Shown: positions 14,542-24,292 of the stretch, piece by piece
Layout of the letters: every line of letters starts with the position of its first letter
How positions within the stretch are numbered: the stretch's first letter is position 1
IMG/VR virus record: IMGVR_UViG_3300005239_000190
Strand: one strand, 5' to 3'
Length of the DNA stretch: 28,700 nt
Source of the DNA: an uncultured virus (IMG/VR IMGVR_UViG_3300005239_000190)
Lineage: Duplodnaviria; Heunggongvirae; Uroviricota; Caudoviricetes
Notes under the pieces: model-generated
Databases searched by the model: none
What the model was told of the DNA's origin: nothing
What the model saw: the letters and a program-made list of their open reading frames with translations, nothing else
Position numbers and translations under genes: made by a program

Positions 14542-14721
14542 ATGGCAAGAACCAGGAAACCACAATTAAAAGTATGTACAATCACAGGATTAGAAACTAG
14601 TGTAGATAACTTTTACACTAATCAGAACCATGTAAAAGCCGTAGACAACTTAAGGCGGAATAGCGGCGCGACTAAAGATCAGTTGCAAAGAATGTTTAAT
14701 CAGTTAAATCAATATGCGTAA
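14542..14721 (+). CDS. Hypothetical protein (59 aa)
   Basis: Manual translation MARTRKPQLKVCTITGLETSVDNFYTNQNHVKAVDNLRR...; fills the gap exactly, TAATG coupling. Confidence 0.75.
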   Translation: MARTRKPQLKVCTITGLETSVDNFYTNQNHVKAVDNLRRNSGATKDQLQRMFNQLNQYA

Positions 14722-15035
14722 TGGCAAGTATAATTAAAGCGAGTATCAATTTATCGGAAATCCCGGCAGACAAAATCATCACTGGTAAGAAAGGTAAGTA
14801 TTTACCTATAACAATTACCATTAACGATGAGCTTGATCAATTCAATAATCAAGGACCGATAGTTGTAGCACAAACAAAAGAAGAGCGCGAGGCTAAACAA
14901 AAGAAAACTTACTTAGGTAATGTTCAAGTTGTTTGGACCAACGGTGATAATGTGGCTGCGGCACCAAGACAAGATCAACCAATGCAAGCTGCTCCAGTAG
15001 GACAAGCTGCACCTGCAGATGATCTGCCTTTCTAA
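14721..15035 (+). CDS. Probable single-stranded DNA-binding protein
   Basis: Beta-rich N-domain, A/P/Q linker, C-terminal DDLPF tail; lies in the recombination/replication module. Confidence 0.7.
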   Translation: MASIIKASINLSEIPADKIITGKKGKYLPITITINDELDQFNNQGPIVVAQTKEEREAKQKKTYLGNVQVVWTNGDNVAAAPRQDQPMQAAPVGQAAPADDLPF

Positions 15036-15124
15036 TGCAGCAATGCGAAATATGTAATGAGGAAATGTCGCAGGAGGAATACGACTTCTGCGATATATGC
15101 CCTAAATGCAGAGAAGAATGGTAG
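15035..15124 (+). CDS. Tiny Cys-rich zinc-ribbon peptide (29 aa)
   Basis: MQQCEICNEEMSQEEYDFCDICPKCREEW; TAATG coupling. Confidence 0.55.
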   Translation: MQQCEICNEEMSQEEYDFCDICPKCREEW

Positions 15125-15198
15125 ATGAAAACGATTACATTAGTATAACTACAGATAGCGATGGTAATGTAACATTAATAGAAGATTAATTAAATTAA

Positions 15199-16909
15199 AT
15201 GCAGACAACAGAGATCAATGGATTTGTTATTGACGAGTTCAATATACACGGCCTAAAGGAAGGAAAGAAGCAGGGTATATGCCCTGTCTGTTCTCACGAT
15301 AGGAAACCCAAGAATCCAAAAAGCAAAATGTGCTTCTTACGATTGGGAACGGGGTCTCGGTACTTGTCATAATTGTAATAAATCATTTCAACTACATACT
15401 TATCAGCGCAAAGGTAAAGCTGAAAAAGTATATGTTAAACCCGAACCTGTTGCTATACACAAGCCAGGAACTAAGGTTGAAGAATGGTTTAAAACTCGTG
15501 GTATATCTCAGGAAACCCTTGCTGATCTTAAAATTAGCGAGGGGCCTGAATATATGCCTCAGACCGGCAAAGCCGAGAATGTAATAAAGTTCAATTATTT
15601 TATGGGCGGTGAATTAACTAATGTTAAATACCGAGATGGAAGAAAGAACTTTAAATTATATAAGGGTGCTGAAAAGGTGTTCTATAATATAGATAGCATT
15701 GTAGGTTGGGAGTATTGTATTATTGTTGAAGGCGAAATGGACGTATTAGCGTTGCACGAAGCCGGTATAACAAATGCAATATCTGTACCCAATGGAGCAA
15801 CCCTTAATACAAACAACTTAGATTACTTAGATAATTGTATTGATTATTTTGAAGACAAAGAAAAAGTAATCTTAGCTGTCGATTCAGACGCGGCAGGGCA
15901 AGCATTACAAACAGAGCTTATTAGAAGATTAGGATCTGAAGTTTGTTACTTGGCTACGTTTGATGATTGTAAAGACGCAAACGAATATTTACTTAAATAT
16001 GGAAAAGAAAAACTGGCAGAGCGTATATCGCGAAGCAAGCCAGTACCGCTGGAGAATGTTACAACGTTCAGGGATATTGAAGACGAAGTTACCGACTTTG
16101 TTCGTAATGGCTTTAAACCAGGATTCCAAATTGGCCTTCAAAATTTTGATGACATATTCTCAACTTACACTGGTCAATTTATTACTGTCACTGGTATCCC
16201 TAGTTCCGGGAAGAGTGACTTTGTCGACCAGATGGTTGTTGGGTATAACACTAATTACGGTTGGAAAACGGCATTCGCTTCGCCAGAAAATGTTCCAACA
16301 TATTTACATGCTCATAAACTAATGCGTAAAACTTGGCAAGGCATGCCAAGCAGAGCTGACATTGGCGGCGACAAATGGAATCAAGTTGCAGATCATTGCA
16401 ACACTAATTACTTTCACATTGATATGGAGCGCTACACGTTAGAATCCGTATTAAAGAAAGGCGCAGAGCTTGTTAAGCGTAAAGGTATAAAATGTTTAGT
16501 GATAGATCCATTTAATAAGGTTAGAGACGTAGATTGTAAAACAGAAGACGTTAATCGTTATACTATGGAATACTTAACTAAGATTGAAATCTTTGCTAAA
16601 AAGTATGATGTGCTTGTGTTTGTAGTTGCTCACCCAACTAAAATGTATAAAGGCAGTGATGGTAAAATAGAAGAACCCACGATGTATAACATTAAAGGTG
16701 GAGGCGAATGGTATGATGCTAGTTATCATGGCTTATTGGTCCACAGAGATTATGAAGCCAAGACTGTTAAAGCTAAAGTTCTTAAGGTTAAGTTTCAAAA
16801 CTTAGGCGAAAATGGCGCTGAGGCTCATTTTAAATGGGAACCTAAGTCAGGTTGTTTTATTCCTCACGAACAAGTTAATCTTGCTGGTGAAAAAATGCCC
16901 TGGGAATAA
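15199..16909 (+). CDS. Primase-helicase (Zn finger + TOPRIM + SF4 helicase; T7 gp4/Twinkle-like) with a +1 frameshift near 15316
   Basis: CPVC in the frame from ATG 15199 and CHNC in the next frame; IVEGEMD and DSD (TOPRIM); GIPSSGKS Walker A; LVIDP Walker B; VVAHP. Confidence 0.9.
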
Positions 16910-17184
16910 TGCCGAGTTTGTATGGCAAACGCGCGAAACCAATGCCAAATTATACGGCTAGCAACGAAGAGTGGTCGGCATATAAATATTGTGTTAAAAA
17001 CAATATAAGAATATCACCTTATGGCATACAAAACGATACTGATCACTGGCATATAGCTATTAGCTTAGGTCCATATCAAAAATGGGAAAAACCAAATATA
17101 TCGCCAAGTAAGTATTGTAGAAAAACAATATGGGTTGAATATTACAAAATGTGTAAATATTATTATGATAAATATAGAAAATGA
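16909..17184 (+). CDS. Conserved phage hypothetical protein, copy 1
   Basis: ORF track; homologue at 17534-17808. Confidence 0.8.
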   Translation: MPSLYGKRAKPMPNYTASNEEWSAYKYCVKNNIRISPYGIQNDTDHWHIAISLGPYQKWEKPNISPSKYCRKTIWVEYYKMCKYYYDKYRK

Positions 17185-17513
17185 ATATAGAGGACTTATG
17201 GCAGGAATTCTCTACGGAGGATCTGATAAGGCGGACAGAACAGGGACTGGGACGAAGGCTGTCTTCGGGAGAACGATTAAGCATGACATGTCACTTGGCT
17301 TCCCTATACTTACAGGAAAAAAGATAAGCTTCAATGCAGCAAGAACAGAATTGCTTTGGATATTACAAGGTAGAACTGATCTTAAGTATTTAGAAGATAA
17401 TGGTGTTAAGTATTGGAGGCCAGATTATGAGCGCTCAGGCAGAACAGATGAAACGTTAGGCCCTGTGTATGGAGCTCAATGGCGTAATTTTAACGGCACA
17501 GATCAGCTAAACA
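17165..17513 (+). CDS. thyA: Thymidylate synthase, 5' part (cut by the gap), copy 1
   Basis: DRTGTGT, FPILTGKK, ELLW, LGPVYGAQWR. Confidence 0.9.
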
Positions 17514-17533
17514 NNNNNNNNNNNNNNNNNNNN
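17514..17533. other. Assembly gap (20 N)
   Basis: Run of N. Confidence 1.
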
Positions 17534-17808
17534 TGAAAAGTTTATACAAAAGAAGAAAACCAAATTATCTTCCGCCGTATATGCCAACCCCAGAAGAACA
17601 AGATTGGAAATTATATTGTACAAGAAACAATATAAGAATATCACCCTGGGCTATGCCATTAGATGGCCAATGGAAAATATGTATAAACTTAGGCCCGTAT
17701 AAAAAAGGAGAGAAGTGTAACTTTGCTCCACACGTATACGATAAAGAAACATTATGGCCAGAATATTATAGAATGTGTAAATATTATTATGATAAATATA
17801 GAAAATGA
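17534..17808 (+). CDS. Conserved phage hypothetical protein, copy 2 (start at or in the gap)
   Basis: NNIRISP...LGPY...EYY.MCKYYYDKYRK shared with copy 1. Confidence 0.75.
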
Positions 17809-18643
17809 ATATAGAGGATTAGTGTCTGGTATATTAGGATCAGGCGTTGATAAAGACGATAGAACAGGTGTTGGAACTAAATCTGTATTTGGTAGACAGC
17901 TTGTTCATAATATGGCTTTAGGTTTTCCTTTATTAACAAATAAGAAAATGTATTTCAATTCCGCAAGGACTGAATTGCTTTGGATTTTACATGGCAAAAC
18001 AGATATGAAATACTTACAGGATAATAATGTAACTTATTGGGATGCTGATTATAAAAGATCAGGCAGAACAGACGGAACGTTAGGCCCTGTCTACGGTGCA
18101 CAATGGCGTAACTGGAAAGTAATTAATTGGGATATTATTTCAATTTATGAAGATCAGTTATTTAACTTAGTTAAAAATATAAAAGAAAACCCAAGCTCAA
18201 GAAGATTGATGGTTAATGCATGGAATGTTGGTCAATTAAAAGACATGGCCTTACCTCCTTGTCATTATGCTTTTCAAGTTTATATTAACAACGGTGTAAT
18301 GGATTTAATGTGGCAACAAAGATCAGCTGACGTGTTTTTAGGGTTACCTTATGATATTACAATGTACGGCCTGCTTTTAGAAATGCTAGCTAAAGGTGCT
18401 AATTTAAAACCTGGCAAACTTATTGGCCAGCTTGGTGATTGTCATTTATATAATAATCATTTAGAACAAGCTAAGGTATATTTAGATAGACCAAAAAGAA
18501 TATTACCAAAATTAGACCTTAAAGAAGGAATATGGTTTGACACTGTAGTTGAAAAAATTCATATACCAACAGCTGATAAGATTAAATTAATTAAATACAA
18601 TCCTTTACCCGCTATAAAAGCGGAGCTAAGTGTTGGTAAATAA
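17789..18643 (+). CDS. thyA: Thymidylate synthase
   Basis: DRTG, SRR, MALPPCH, QRSADVFLGLPYD, GDCHLYNNH. Confidence 0.95.
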   Translation: MINIENEYRGLVSGILGSGVDKDDRTGVGTKSVFGRQLVHNMALGFPLLTNKKMYFNSARTELLWILHGKTDMKYLQDNNVTYWDADYKRSGRTDGTLGPVYGAQWRNWKVINWDIISIYEDQLFNLVKNIKENPSSRRLMVNAWNVGQLKDMALPPCHYAFQVYINNGVMDLMWQQRSADVFLGLPYDITMYGLLLEMLAKGANLKPGKLIGQLGDCHLYNNHLEQAKVYLDRPKRILPKLDLKEGIWFDTVVEKIHIPTADKIKLIKYNPLPAIKAELSVGK

Positions 18644-18651
18644 ATAAAAAT

Positions 18652-19425
18652 ATGTACAACATTTATCACATTCCTGGTAAGAAAATTGGCGTTACACGTA
18701 ATCTTAATAAGAGAGTTACGGAGCAACAAGGTTATGCGCCAGGCGAATACGAAGTTTTATTTACAAGTGATGATATTGATTTAATATCTAACAAGGAGAT
18801 AGAACTTCAACAGTCTTATGGCTATAAGAAAGATCGGACACTATACAAAAATTTATTTAAATCAAATATGAGAATAAACCCAACAGAACAAACAACCACG
18901 TTTCCTATGCCTATAAATAAACTTAAGGGTAACCTTATAGACAACATAGGTTTACAATGGAAAACATCCGAATATAAGTTTGAATTAAAAGAAGAACATA
19001 TACCTTGGATAATGCAAAATGTAAGGACCTCGATGTACAATGACGATCGAAGCTATATTTACAATAAGGCTTTTTATGAGGCCTTTTTTAATCCAGATCA
19101 TAATCCAAAGCCAACAGCATTAAATAGCGCTAGATTTGATTTAATAAGATCCTGGGCTGCTGAACGAGGCATATATGATAACGGCAATTCGCATACTCAA
19201 TATGTTAAGCTTATGGAAGAAGCCGGGGAGCTTGCTCAAGCTTTGTTAAAAAATGATAAGCCAGAAATACAAGACGCCATTGGCGATATGGTTGTAGTTT
19301 TAACTAACTTAGCTTATCAAGAAAATTTTCAGATAGAAGATTGTATTGATAGTGCTTACGCTGAGATAGCAACCCGTACAGGTAAAATGGTTAATGGAAC
19401 ATTTGTTAAAACAGAATCATTATGA
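18652..19425 (+). CDS. Fusion: GIY-YIG-like N-terminal domain + MazG-like nucleotide pyrophosphohydrolase
   Basis: N-term IYHIPGKKIGVT.NL..R; C-term KLMEEAGELA...DAIGDMVVVL...AY.EI..RTG. Confidence 0.75.
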   Translation: MYNIYHIPGKKIGVTRNLNKRVTEQQGYAPGEYEVLFTSDDIDLISNKEIELQQSYGYKKDRTLYKNLFKSNMRINPTEQTTTFPMPINKLKGNLIDNIGLQWKTSEYKFELKEEHIPWIMQNVRTSMYNDDRSYIYNKAFYEAFFNPDHNPKPTALNSARFDLIRSWAAERGIYDNGNSHTQYVKLMEEAGELAQALLKNDKPEIQDAIGDMVVVLTNLAYQENFQIEDCIDSAYAEIATRTGKMVNGTFVKTESL

Positions 19426-19685
19426 GTAAAAAACAAATAGAATTTAGAGATCCAGTTGTTGAACGCGTAGTTGATAAGTTTGTATCAAGATCTGATGTAG
19501 GCTTTGCAAAATATGGCGTAACGCTTAATGAAGACAAATCAAATTTGTTTGCTTGGATTAATCACTTGCAAGAAGAATTAATGGATGCTGTGCTATACAT
19601 GCAAAAATTAAAAGAATCTAGTACGGAAGAAATGCAAGAAGCTTTGCTAAGAAATATTGAGGTCCATGAGGAAACAACCATATAA
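19422..19685 (+). CDS. Small all-alpha NTP-pyrophosphohydrolase-like phage protein
   Basis: RS..G..KYGVTL...W..HLQEELMDA.LY. Confidence 0.6.
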   Translation: MSKKQIEFRDPVVERVVDKFVSRSDVGFAKYGVTLNEDKSNLFAWINHLQEELMDAVLYMQKLKESSTEEMQEALLRNIEVHEETTI

Positions 19686-20124
19686 AAGAAAGAAGAAGCG
19701 CGGGCCAGTGCAGGCAAAGAAGGTATCATATGACGGTATTAACTTTGCTTCTGGTCTTGAGCGCTATATGTATATGGCATTAAAAAACGCAAAGATCAAG
19801 TCTAAGTACGAAGGTGAAACCTTTGTATTATTAGCTGGCTTTCATTTTGATAATGAAGTATACGAAAGATGTGCTAACGGCAAAGGTGATTACAAAAACA
19901 GAGGCTGCAAACGTATACTACCTATTAAGTACACACCTGATTTTATTGGTGATGACTTTATAATTGAAACAAAAGGTAGAGCTAACGAATCATTCCCAAT
20001 GCGTTGGAAGTTATTCAAAAGACTAGTTATGACCCAGTTTCCTAATGTAACACTTTATAAACCACAAAATCAAAAAGAATGCGACGAGACAGTAAAGCTA
20101 ATCCTTTCGAGGCGAAGAGGATAG
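19666..20124 (+). CDS. T7 endonuclease I-like Holliday junction resolvase
   Basis: FASGLE, YE, YTPDF, IIETKG. Confidence 0.8.
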   Translation: MRKQPYKRKKKRGPVQAKKVSYDGINFASGLERYMYMALKNAKIKSKYEGETFVLLAGFHFDNEVYERCANGKGDYKNRGCKRILPIKYTPDFIGDDFIIETKGRANESFPMRWKLFKRLVMTQFPNVTLYKPQNQKECDETVKLILSRRRG

Positions 20125-20249
20125 CAAGACAAAAGTATGCTGAACGCCAAATTGATAAATGGTGGCGATGGAGCTGGGAAACAAGAGGTAAAATAAAATA
20201 TAAAGAATTAATAGAAATACAAGAACAATATGGAATCAGAGCAGAATAA
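20079..20249 (+). CDS. Hypothetical protein (56 aa)
   Basis: Manual translation MRRDSKANPFEAKRIARQKYAERQIDKWWRWSWETRG...; fills the gap. Confidence 0.5.
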   Translation: MRRDSKANPFEAKRIARQKYAERQIDKWWRWSWETRGKIKYKELIEIQEQYGIRAE

Positions 20250-20379
20250 ACAATGGAGTATCTCTATTGGGTTTTATCCCGGTATATTACTGGGAATGAG
20301 ATCTTATAATGAAGAAACACAGAACACACACGTGCTATATATACCATTTATTGATTTGGCAATTGAAATATATAAATAA
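20230..20379 (+). CDS. Hypothetical protein (49 aa)
   Basis: Manual translation MESEQNKQWSISIGFYPGILLGMRSY...HVLYIPFIDLAIEIYK; TAATG coupling to nrdB. Confidence 0.65.
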   Translation: MESEQNKQWSISIGFYPGILLGMRSYNEETQNTHVLYIPFIDLAIEIYK

Positions 20380-21347
20380 TGGGATTATTCAATGAACGCG
20401 TAGCGTATAAACCTTTTGAATACCCTGATTATTATACCGAGGGTTGGCTAAAACAAGCACAAGCATTTTGGTTACACACCGAAATACCAATGCAGGGGGA
20501 TATCAAAGACTGGAAAGAAAAGTTAACACCAGAAGAAAAAAACCTAGTAGGTAATATACTATTAGGTTTTGCACAAACAGAATGTGCGGTAAGTGATTAC
20601 TGGACGCAAAAAGTGGTATCATGGTTTCCTAAACACGAAATACAGCAAATGGCCATGATGTTTGGATCACAAGAAACAATACATGCTGTAGCTTATAGTT
20701 ATTTAAATGAAACACTTGGTCTTGAAAATTATGAAGCCTTTTTACACGAGCCTGCAACTTCTGAAAGGTTTGATAACCTGGTTGCTTATGGCGGGACAAG
20801 CTCTGTTGGTATTGGGAAGTCTCTTGCTGTTTTTAGCGCTTTTGCTGAGGGGGTTAGTTTATATTCTGCTTTTGCTGTTCTCTATTCTTTTCAATTAAGA
20901 AATTTATTAAAAGGCATAGGACAGCAAATGAAGTGGAGCGTGCGTGATGAATCTCTTCACAGTAAAATGGGTTGTAAGTTGTTTCGCGACATGTGCAGCG
21001 AAAACAACCAATTATTAAACTTATGTCGAGAAGATATCACTACCGCTGCGGAAACAATGGTAAAACTTGAATGTAAGTATATAGACAAGATGTTTGAGAT
21101 GGGAGATATTGAAGGCATTAAGTCAAATGATTTAAAACACTTTATAAAGAAAAGAACAAATGAAAAACTGGTTGAACTTGGTTATGTCGACCTTGGCTCG
21201 TACTTCGCATATGACAAAGATGCAGCGTCTAATCTTGATTGGTTCTATCATCTTACCGGCGGGGTCACTCATACTGATTTTTTCGCGGTTCGGCCGACGG
21301 ATTATTCGAAAGCTGGCGAAGGTGAAGACTTCGAAGATATTTGGTAA
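20379..21347 (+). CDS. nrdB: Ribonucleotide reductase class Ia beta subunit
   Basis: AFW...E, ETIH...YS (radical Tyr), EGVSLYSAF, RDESLH, DFF..R...YSK. Confidence 0.95.
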   Translation: MGLFNERVAYKPFEYPDYYTEGWLKQAQAFWLHTEIPMQGDIKDWKEKLTPEEKNLVGNILLGFAQTECAVSDYWTQKVVSWFPKHEIQQMAMMFGSQETIHAVAYSYLNETLGLENYEAFLHEPATSERFDNLVAYGGTSSVGIGKSLAVFSAFAEGVSLYSAFAVLYSFQLRNLLKGIGQQMKWSVRDESLHSKMGCKLFRDMCSENNQLLNLCREDITTAAETMVKLECKYIDKMFEMGDIEGIKSNDLKHFIKKRTNEKLVELGYVDLGSYFAYDKDAASNLDWFYHLTGGVTHTDFFAVRPTDYSKAGEGEDFEDIW

Positions 21348-21373
21348 TTTAATAACAGAAGAAGATATTTTTA

Positions 21374-21931
21374 ATGATCTATATAAAAGATAATTTTTTA
21401 CCAAACAATTTATATAAAAAGCTAGTGACTTATTGCGATAAGTTTGAGGAAGTAAAATATCCAGATAAGTCTTTTTGGGTGAAAGAACTTCCATCAGAGC
21501 TAACACATTATATTGAAAGGTCTTTAGAAAAAATAGAGGGCAAAGACATTAAAAGTATATTATGCTTTGCTAGAGAGGCTAAACAAAGCCAAGACAATGA
21601 TTGGCGCATACATAACGACACTATAATCGAAGGCCAGCAACCGGATCGCGCAATAGTTTTATTTGTTAAAGCTAGCGAAGATAAATTACACGGTACAGCG
21701 TTTTGGGAGCACGAAAATTATGGTCACACTTACACCGAATCTAACAGCGAGGAGTTTAATCGCATGTTAACTGAAGATGCTGAAGATAAATCAAAATGGA
21801 AATTAAATTCAATAGTAGGCTATAAAGATAACAGGCTACTGTCTTATCCTTGTAATTATTTTCACAGCAAATATCCTAATGAATATACAAATCAAAGAAT
21901 AGTAGTAGTAATGTTTTATAAATACATATGA
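21374..21931 (+). CDS. 2OG-Fe(II) oxygenase-like protein
   Basis: IKDNFL, IHND (HxD), GTAFW, NRLL.Y....FHS, R. Confidence 0.7.
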   Translation: MIYIKDNFLPNNLYKKLVTYCDKFEEVKYPDKSFWVKELPSELTHYIERSLEKIEGKDIKSILCFAREAKQSQDNDWRIHNDTIIEGQQPDRAIVLFVKASEDKLHGTAFWEHENYGHTYTESNSEEFNRMLTEDAEDKSKWKLNSIVGYKDNRLLSYPCNYFHSKYPNEYTNQRIVVVMFYKYI

Positions 21932-22167
21932 AAGGGAAAAAACAAAGTAGATTAGAAAGCGTTGAAAAACGTTTAGCCGCTGTTACAAGAGTATTACAAG
22001 AGCTAATTAATGAAATACAAAATACCAAAACAATAGCGCTAGGAGTGCACCAAACAATAAAAGAAATGCCTAATTATGAAAAAGCAATCAAAAAACTTAA
22101 AAAGAAAGTGGCTGAAGAGCCTGATAAAACAAAGACGGTTAACAGCAGCGGAAAGGCTGGCCAATAG
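21928..22167 (+). CDS. Hypothetical coiled-coil protein
   Basis: ORF track; ATGA coupling. Confidence 0.65.
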   Translation: MKGKKQSRLESVEKRLAAVTRVLQELINEIQNTKTIALGVHQTIKEMPNYEKAIKKLKKKVAEEPDKTKTVNSSGKAGQ

Positions 22168-22354
22168 GCTCGGCTATATGGGCACGGCATTTATGATGAC
22201 ATCGCCACATTTGTTACCAGACTCAACGGGAATAGTTACATATATTGTTGCCGGCGTAATATCAATACCGCAGGTTTTTGTTGCAAAACAATGGAACTTA
22301 GTGGCGGTTAATTTAAACGTAGCGATAGCCTACACAATACTATACTTTACATAA
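22076..22354 (+). CDS. Small membrane protein (about 3 TM)
   Basis: Hydrophobic segments after a basic N-terminus; start uncertain. Confidence 0.6.
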   Translation: MKKQSKNLKRKWLKSLIKQRRLTAAERLANRLGYMGTAFMMTSPHLLPDSTGIVTYIVAGVISIPQVFVAKQWNLVAVNLNVAIAYTILYFT

Positions 22355-22366
22355 AAACAAACAAAG

Positions 22367-22492
22367 ATGAAAAAATTTAAACCACACATGATGTACGACC
22401 CTAAAACAGGAAAAGGGTATAAGGCTAATAAAATGGCCGATCACACGAGAATGAAGAAAAAAGGTTATACGCATACTAAACCTAAAAAGTAA
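22367..22492 (+). CDS. Small basic protein (41 aa)
   Basis: Manual translation MKKFKPHMMYDPKTGKGYKANKMADHTRMKKKGYTHTKPKK; A-rich leader, TAATG coupling to nrdA. Confidence 0.7.
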   Translation: MKKFKPHMMYDPKTGKGYKANKMADHTRMKKKGYTHTKPKK

Positions 22493-24213
22493 TGTGGAAT
22501 GAAAGCTGGAAAAAAGGTGAGGATTACCCCGCTTGGGGTAATAACGACGTATACAAGAAGACTATATCCGGGGGATATTTATTTGCAGGAGAGTCACCAA
22601 GAGAAGCTTACATGCGGGTTGCTAAAACAGTTGCTCGCAGATTATATAAGCCGGAAATGGCGGAAACTTTCTTCGAATATATTTGGAACGGCTGGTTATG
22701 TCTGGCTTCGCCGGTCCTTAGCAATACTGGGACAGATCGTGGTTTGCCTATTAGTTGCTTCGGTATTGATGTTGCTGACTCGATACAAGACATAGGCCAA
22801 AAAAATTTAGAGATGATGTTGCTCGCTAAGCACGGCGGTGGAGTTGGCATTGGTATCAATCAAATTAGACCCGCTGGCGCTAAAATTACAGGTAATGGAA
22901 CATCAGACGGAGTCGTACCTTTTTGCAAAATATACGACTCAACAATCCTCGCAACTAATCAAGGATCTGTTAGAAGAGGAGCTGCCAGTGTTAACATTAA
23001 TATTGAGCACGACGATTTTGAAGAGTGGCTTGAGATTAGAGAACCTAAAGGAGATGTTAACAGACAGTCGCTTAACCTACATCAATGCGCAGTTGTTGGT
23101 GATAAGTTTATGCGTAAGCTTGAACAGGGAGATGCGGACGCTAGAAATAGATGGAGTAAACTTATTAGAAAGCGAAAAGCAACTGGAGAGCCGTATATAC
23201 TGTTTAAAGGAAACACTAACAAAGCAAATCCAAAAGCATACAAAGACAATGGATTAAAAGTTCATATGACAAATATCTGTAGTGAGATTACATTACACAC
23301 AGATGAGAGTCATAGTTTTGTTTGTTGCTTGTCATCATTAAATTTAGCTAAATATGAAGAATGGAAAGATACTAACCTTATATACGACGCCACGTGGTTT
23401 CTTGATGGCGTTATGGAGGAATTTATTCAAAGAGCAAAAGGACTTAGAGGTTTTGAAAATGCCGTTCGTTCTGCTAGCAAAGGACGAGCGCTTGGATTGG
23501 GTGTACTCGGATGGCACACGTATCTCCAAGAAAAGGGAATTCCTTTTGAAGGTTTACTTGCTCAATTTGAAACTAGGAAAATATTTTCGCAAATCAAGAT
23601 TGAAAGCGAAAGAGCATCTATGGACCTTGCGGAAGTTTATGGCGAGCCCCTGTGGTGTGCTGGCACTGGCTATCGCAACACCCATCTTAGGGCTGTTGCT
23701 CCTACTGTGTCTAATAGTAAGCTTAGTGGTAATGTTAGTCCTGGCATTGAGCCTTGGGCCGCTAATGTTTTCACGGAACAAAGCGCGAAGGGTACGTTCA
23801 TTAGGAAAAACCCCACCCTTCTAAAACTTCTTAGAAAGCATAAGTTAAATACAAACGAGGTATGGGATAAGATACTTGCAGACGGCGGAAGTGTACAGGA
23901 TATTAAAGAGTTAAACGACGTAACAGTTGGGCAACACGACATACCCGCTAAGGAGGTATTTAAGACCTTTAAAGAAATAAACCAACTAGAGCTAGTAAAT
24001 CAAGCGGGCATTCGCCAGCAATACATAGATCAGTCGGTTAGTTTGAATCTTGCTTTCCCAAGTGTCGCAACGCCAAAATGGATTAACCAAGTGCATATGC
24101 AAGCATGGAAAAACGGAATAAAGACTTTGTATTATACTAGAACAGAAAGTGTTCTACGTGGAGATATAGCGCAGCAAGCTATGGATCCTGAATGTGCCGC
24201 TTGTGACGGATAA
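22492..24213 (+). CDS. nrdA: Ribonucleotide reductase class Ia alpha subunit (compact, no ATP cone)
   Basis: SPVLSN, ISCF, GGGVG, RRGA, TNICSEI, VCCLSSLN, APT, KTLYY, C-terminal CxxC. Confidence 0.95.
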   Translation: MWNESWKKGEDYPAWGNNDVYKKTISGGYLFAGESPREAYMRVAKTVARRLYKPEMAETFFEYIWNGWLCLASPVLSNTGTDRGLPISCFGIDVADSIQDIGQKNLEMMLLAKHGGGVGIGINQIRPAGAKITGNGTSDGVVPFCKIYDSTILATNQGSVRRGAASVNINIEHDDFEEWLEIREPKGDVNRQSLNLHQCAVVGDKFMRKLEQGDADARNRWSKLIRKRKATGEPYILFKGNTNKANPKAYKDNGLKVHMTNICSEITLHTDESHSFVCCLSSLNLAKYEEWKDTNLIYDATWFLDGVMEEFIQRAKGLRGFENAVRSASKGRALGLGVLGWHTYLQEKGIPFEGLLAQFETRKIFSQIKIESERASMDLAEVYGEPLWCAGTGYRNTHLRAVAPTVSNSKLSGNVSPGIEPWAANVFTEQSAKGTFIRKNPTLLKLLRKHKLNTNEVWDKILADGGSVQDIKELNDVTVGQHDIPAKEVFKTFKEINQLELVNQAGIRQQYIDQSVSLNLAFPSVATPKWINQVHMQAWKNGIKTLYYTRTESVLRGDIAQQAMDPECAACDG

Positions 24214-24217
24214 TTAA

Positions 24218-24247
24218 AAAAGGGGAGGCCGTTAAGCTTCCCCTTTT
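24218..24247. terminator. Bidirectional intrinsic terminator
   Basis: AAAAGGGGAGGC-CGTTAA-GCTTCCCCTTTT between convergent nrdA and endolysin. Confidence 0.85.
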
Positions 24248-24292
24248 CAATTACAGGACCGTTGGGTATGGTACGCCCATTTTTTATTCCTG

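Noticed and set aside
15330..15584. 84-aa ORF upstream of the helicase
   Set aside because: Wrong frame; the region encodes the primase N-terminus
20079..20089. Partial match ATGCGACGAGA to the dyad left arm
   Set aside because: Inside coding sequence, with no AT-rich spacer or right arm
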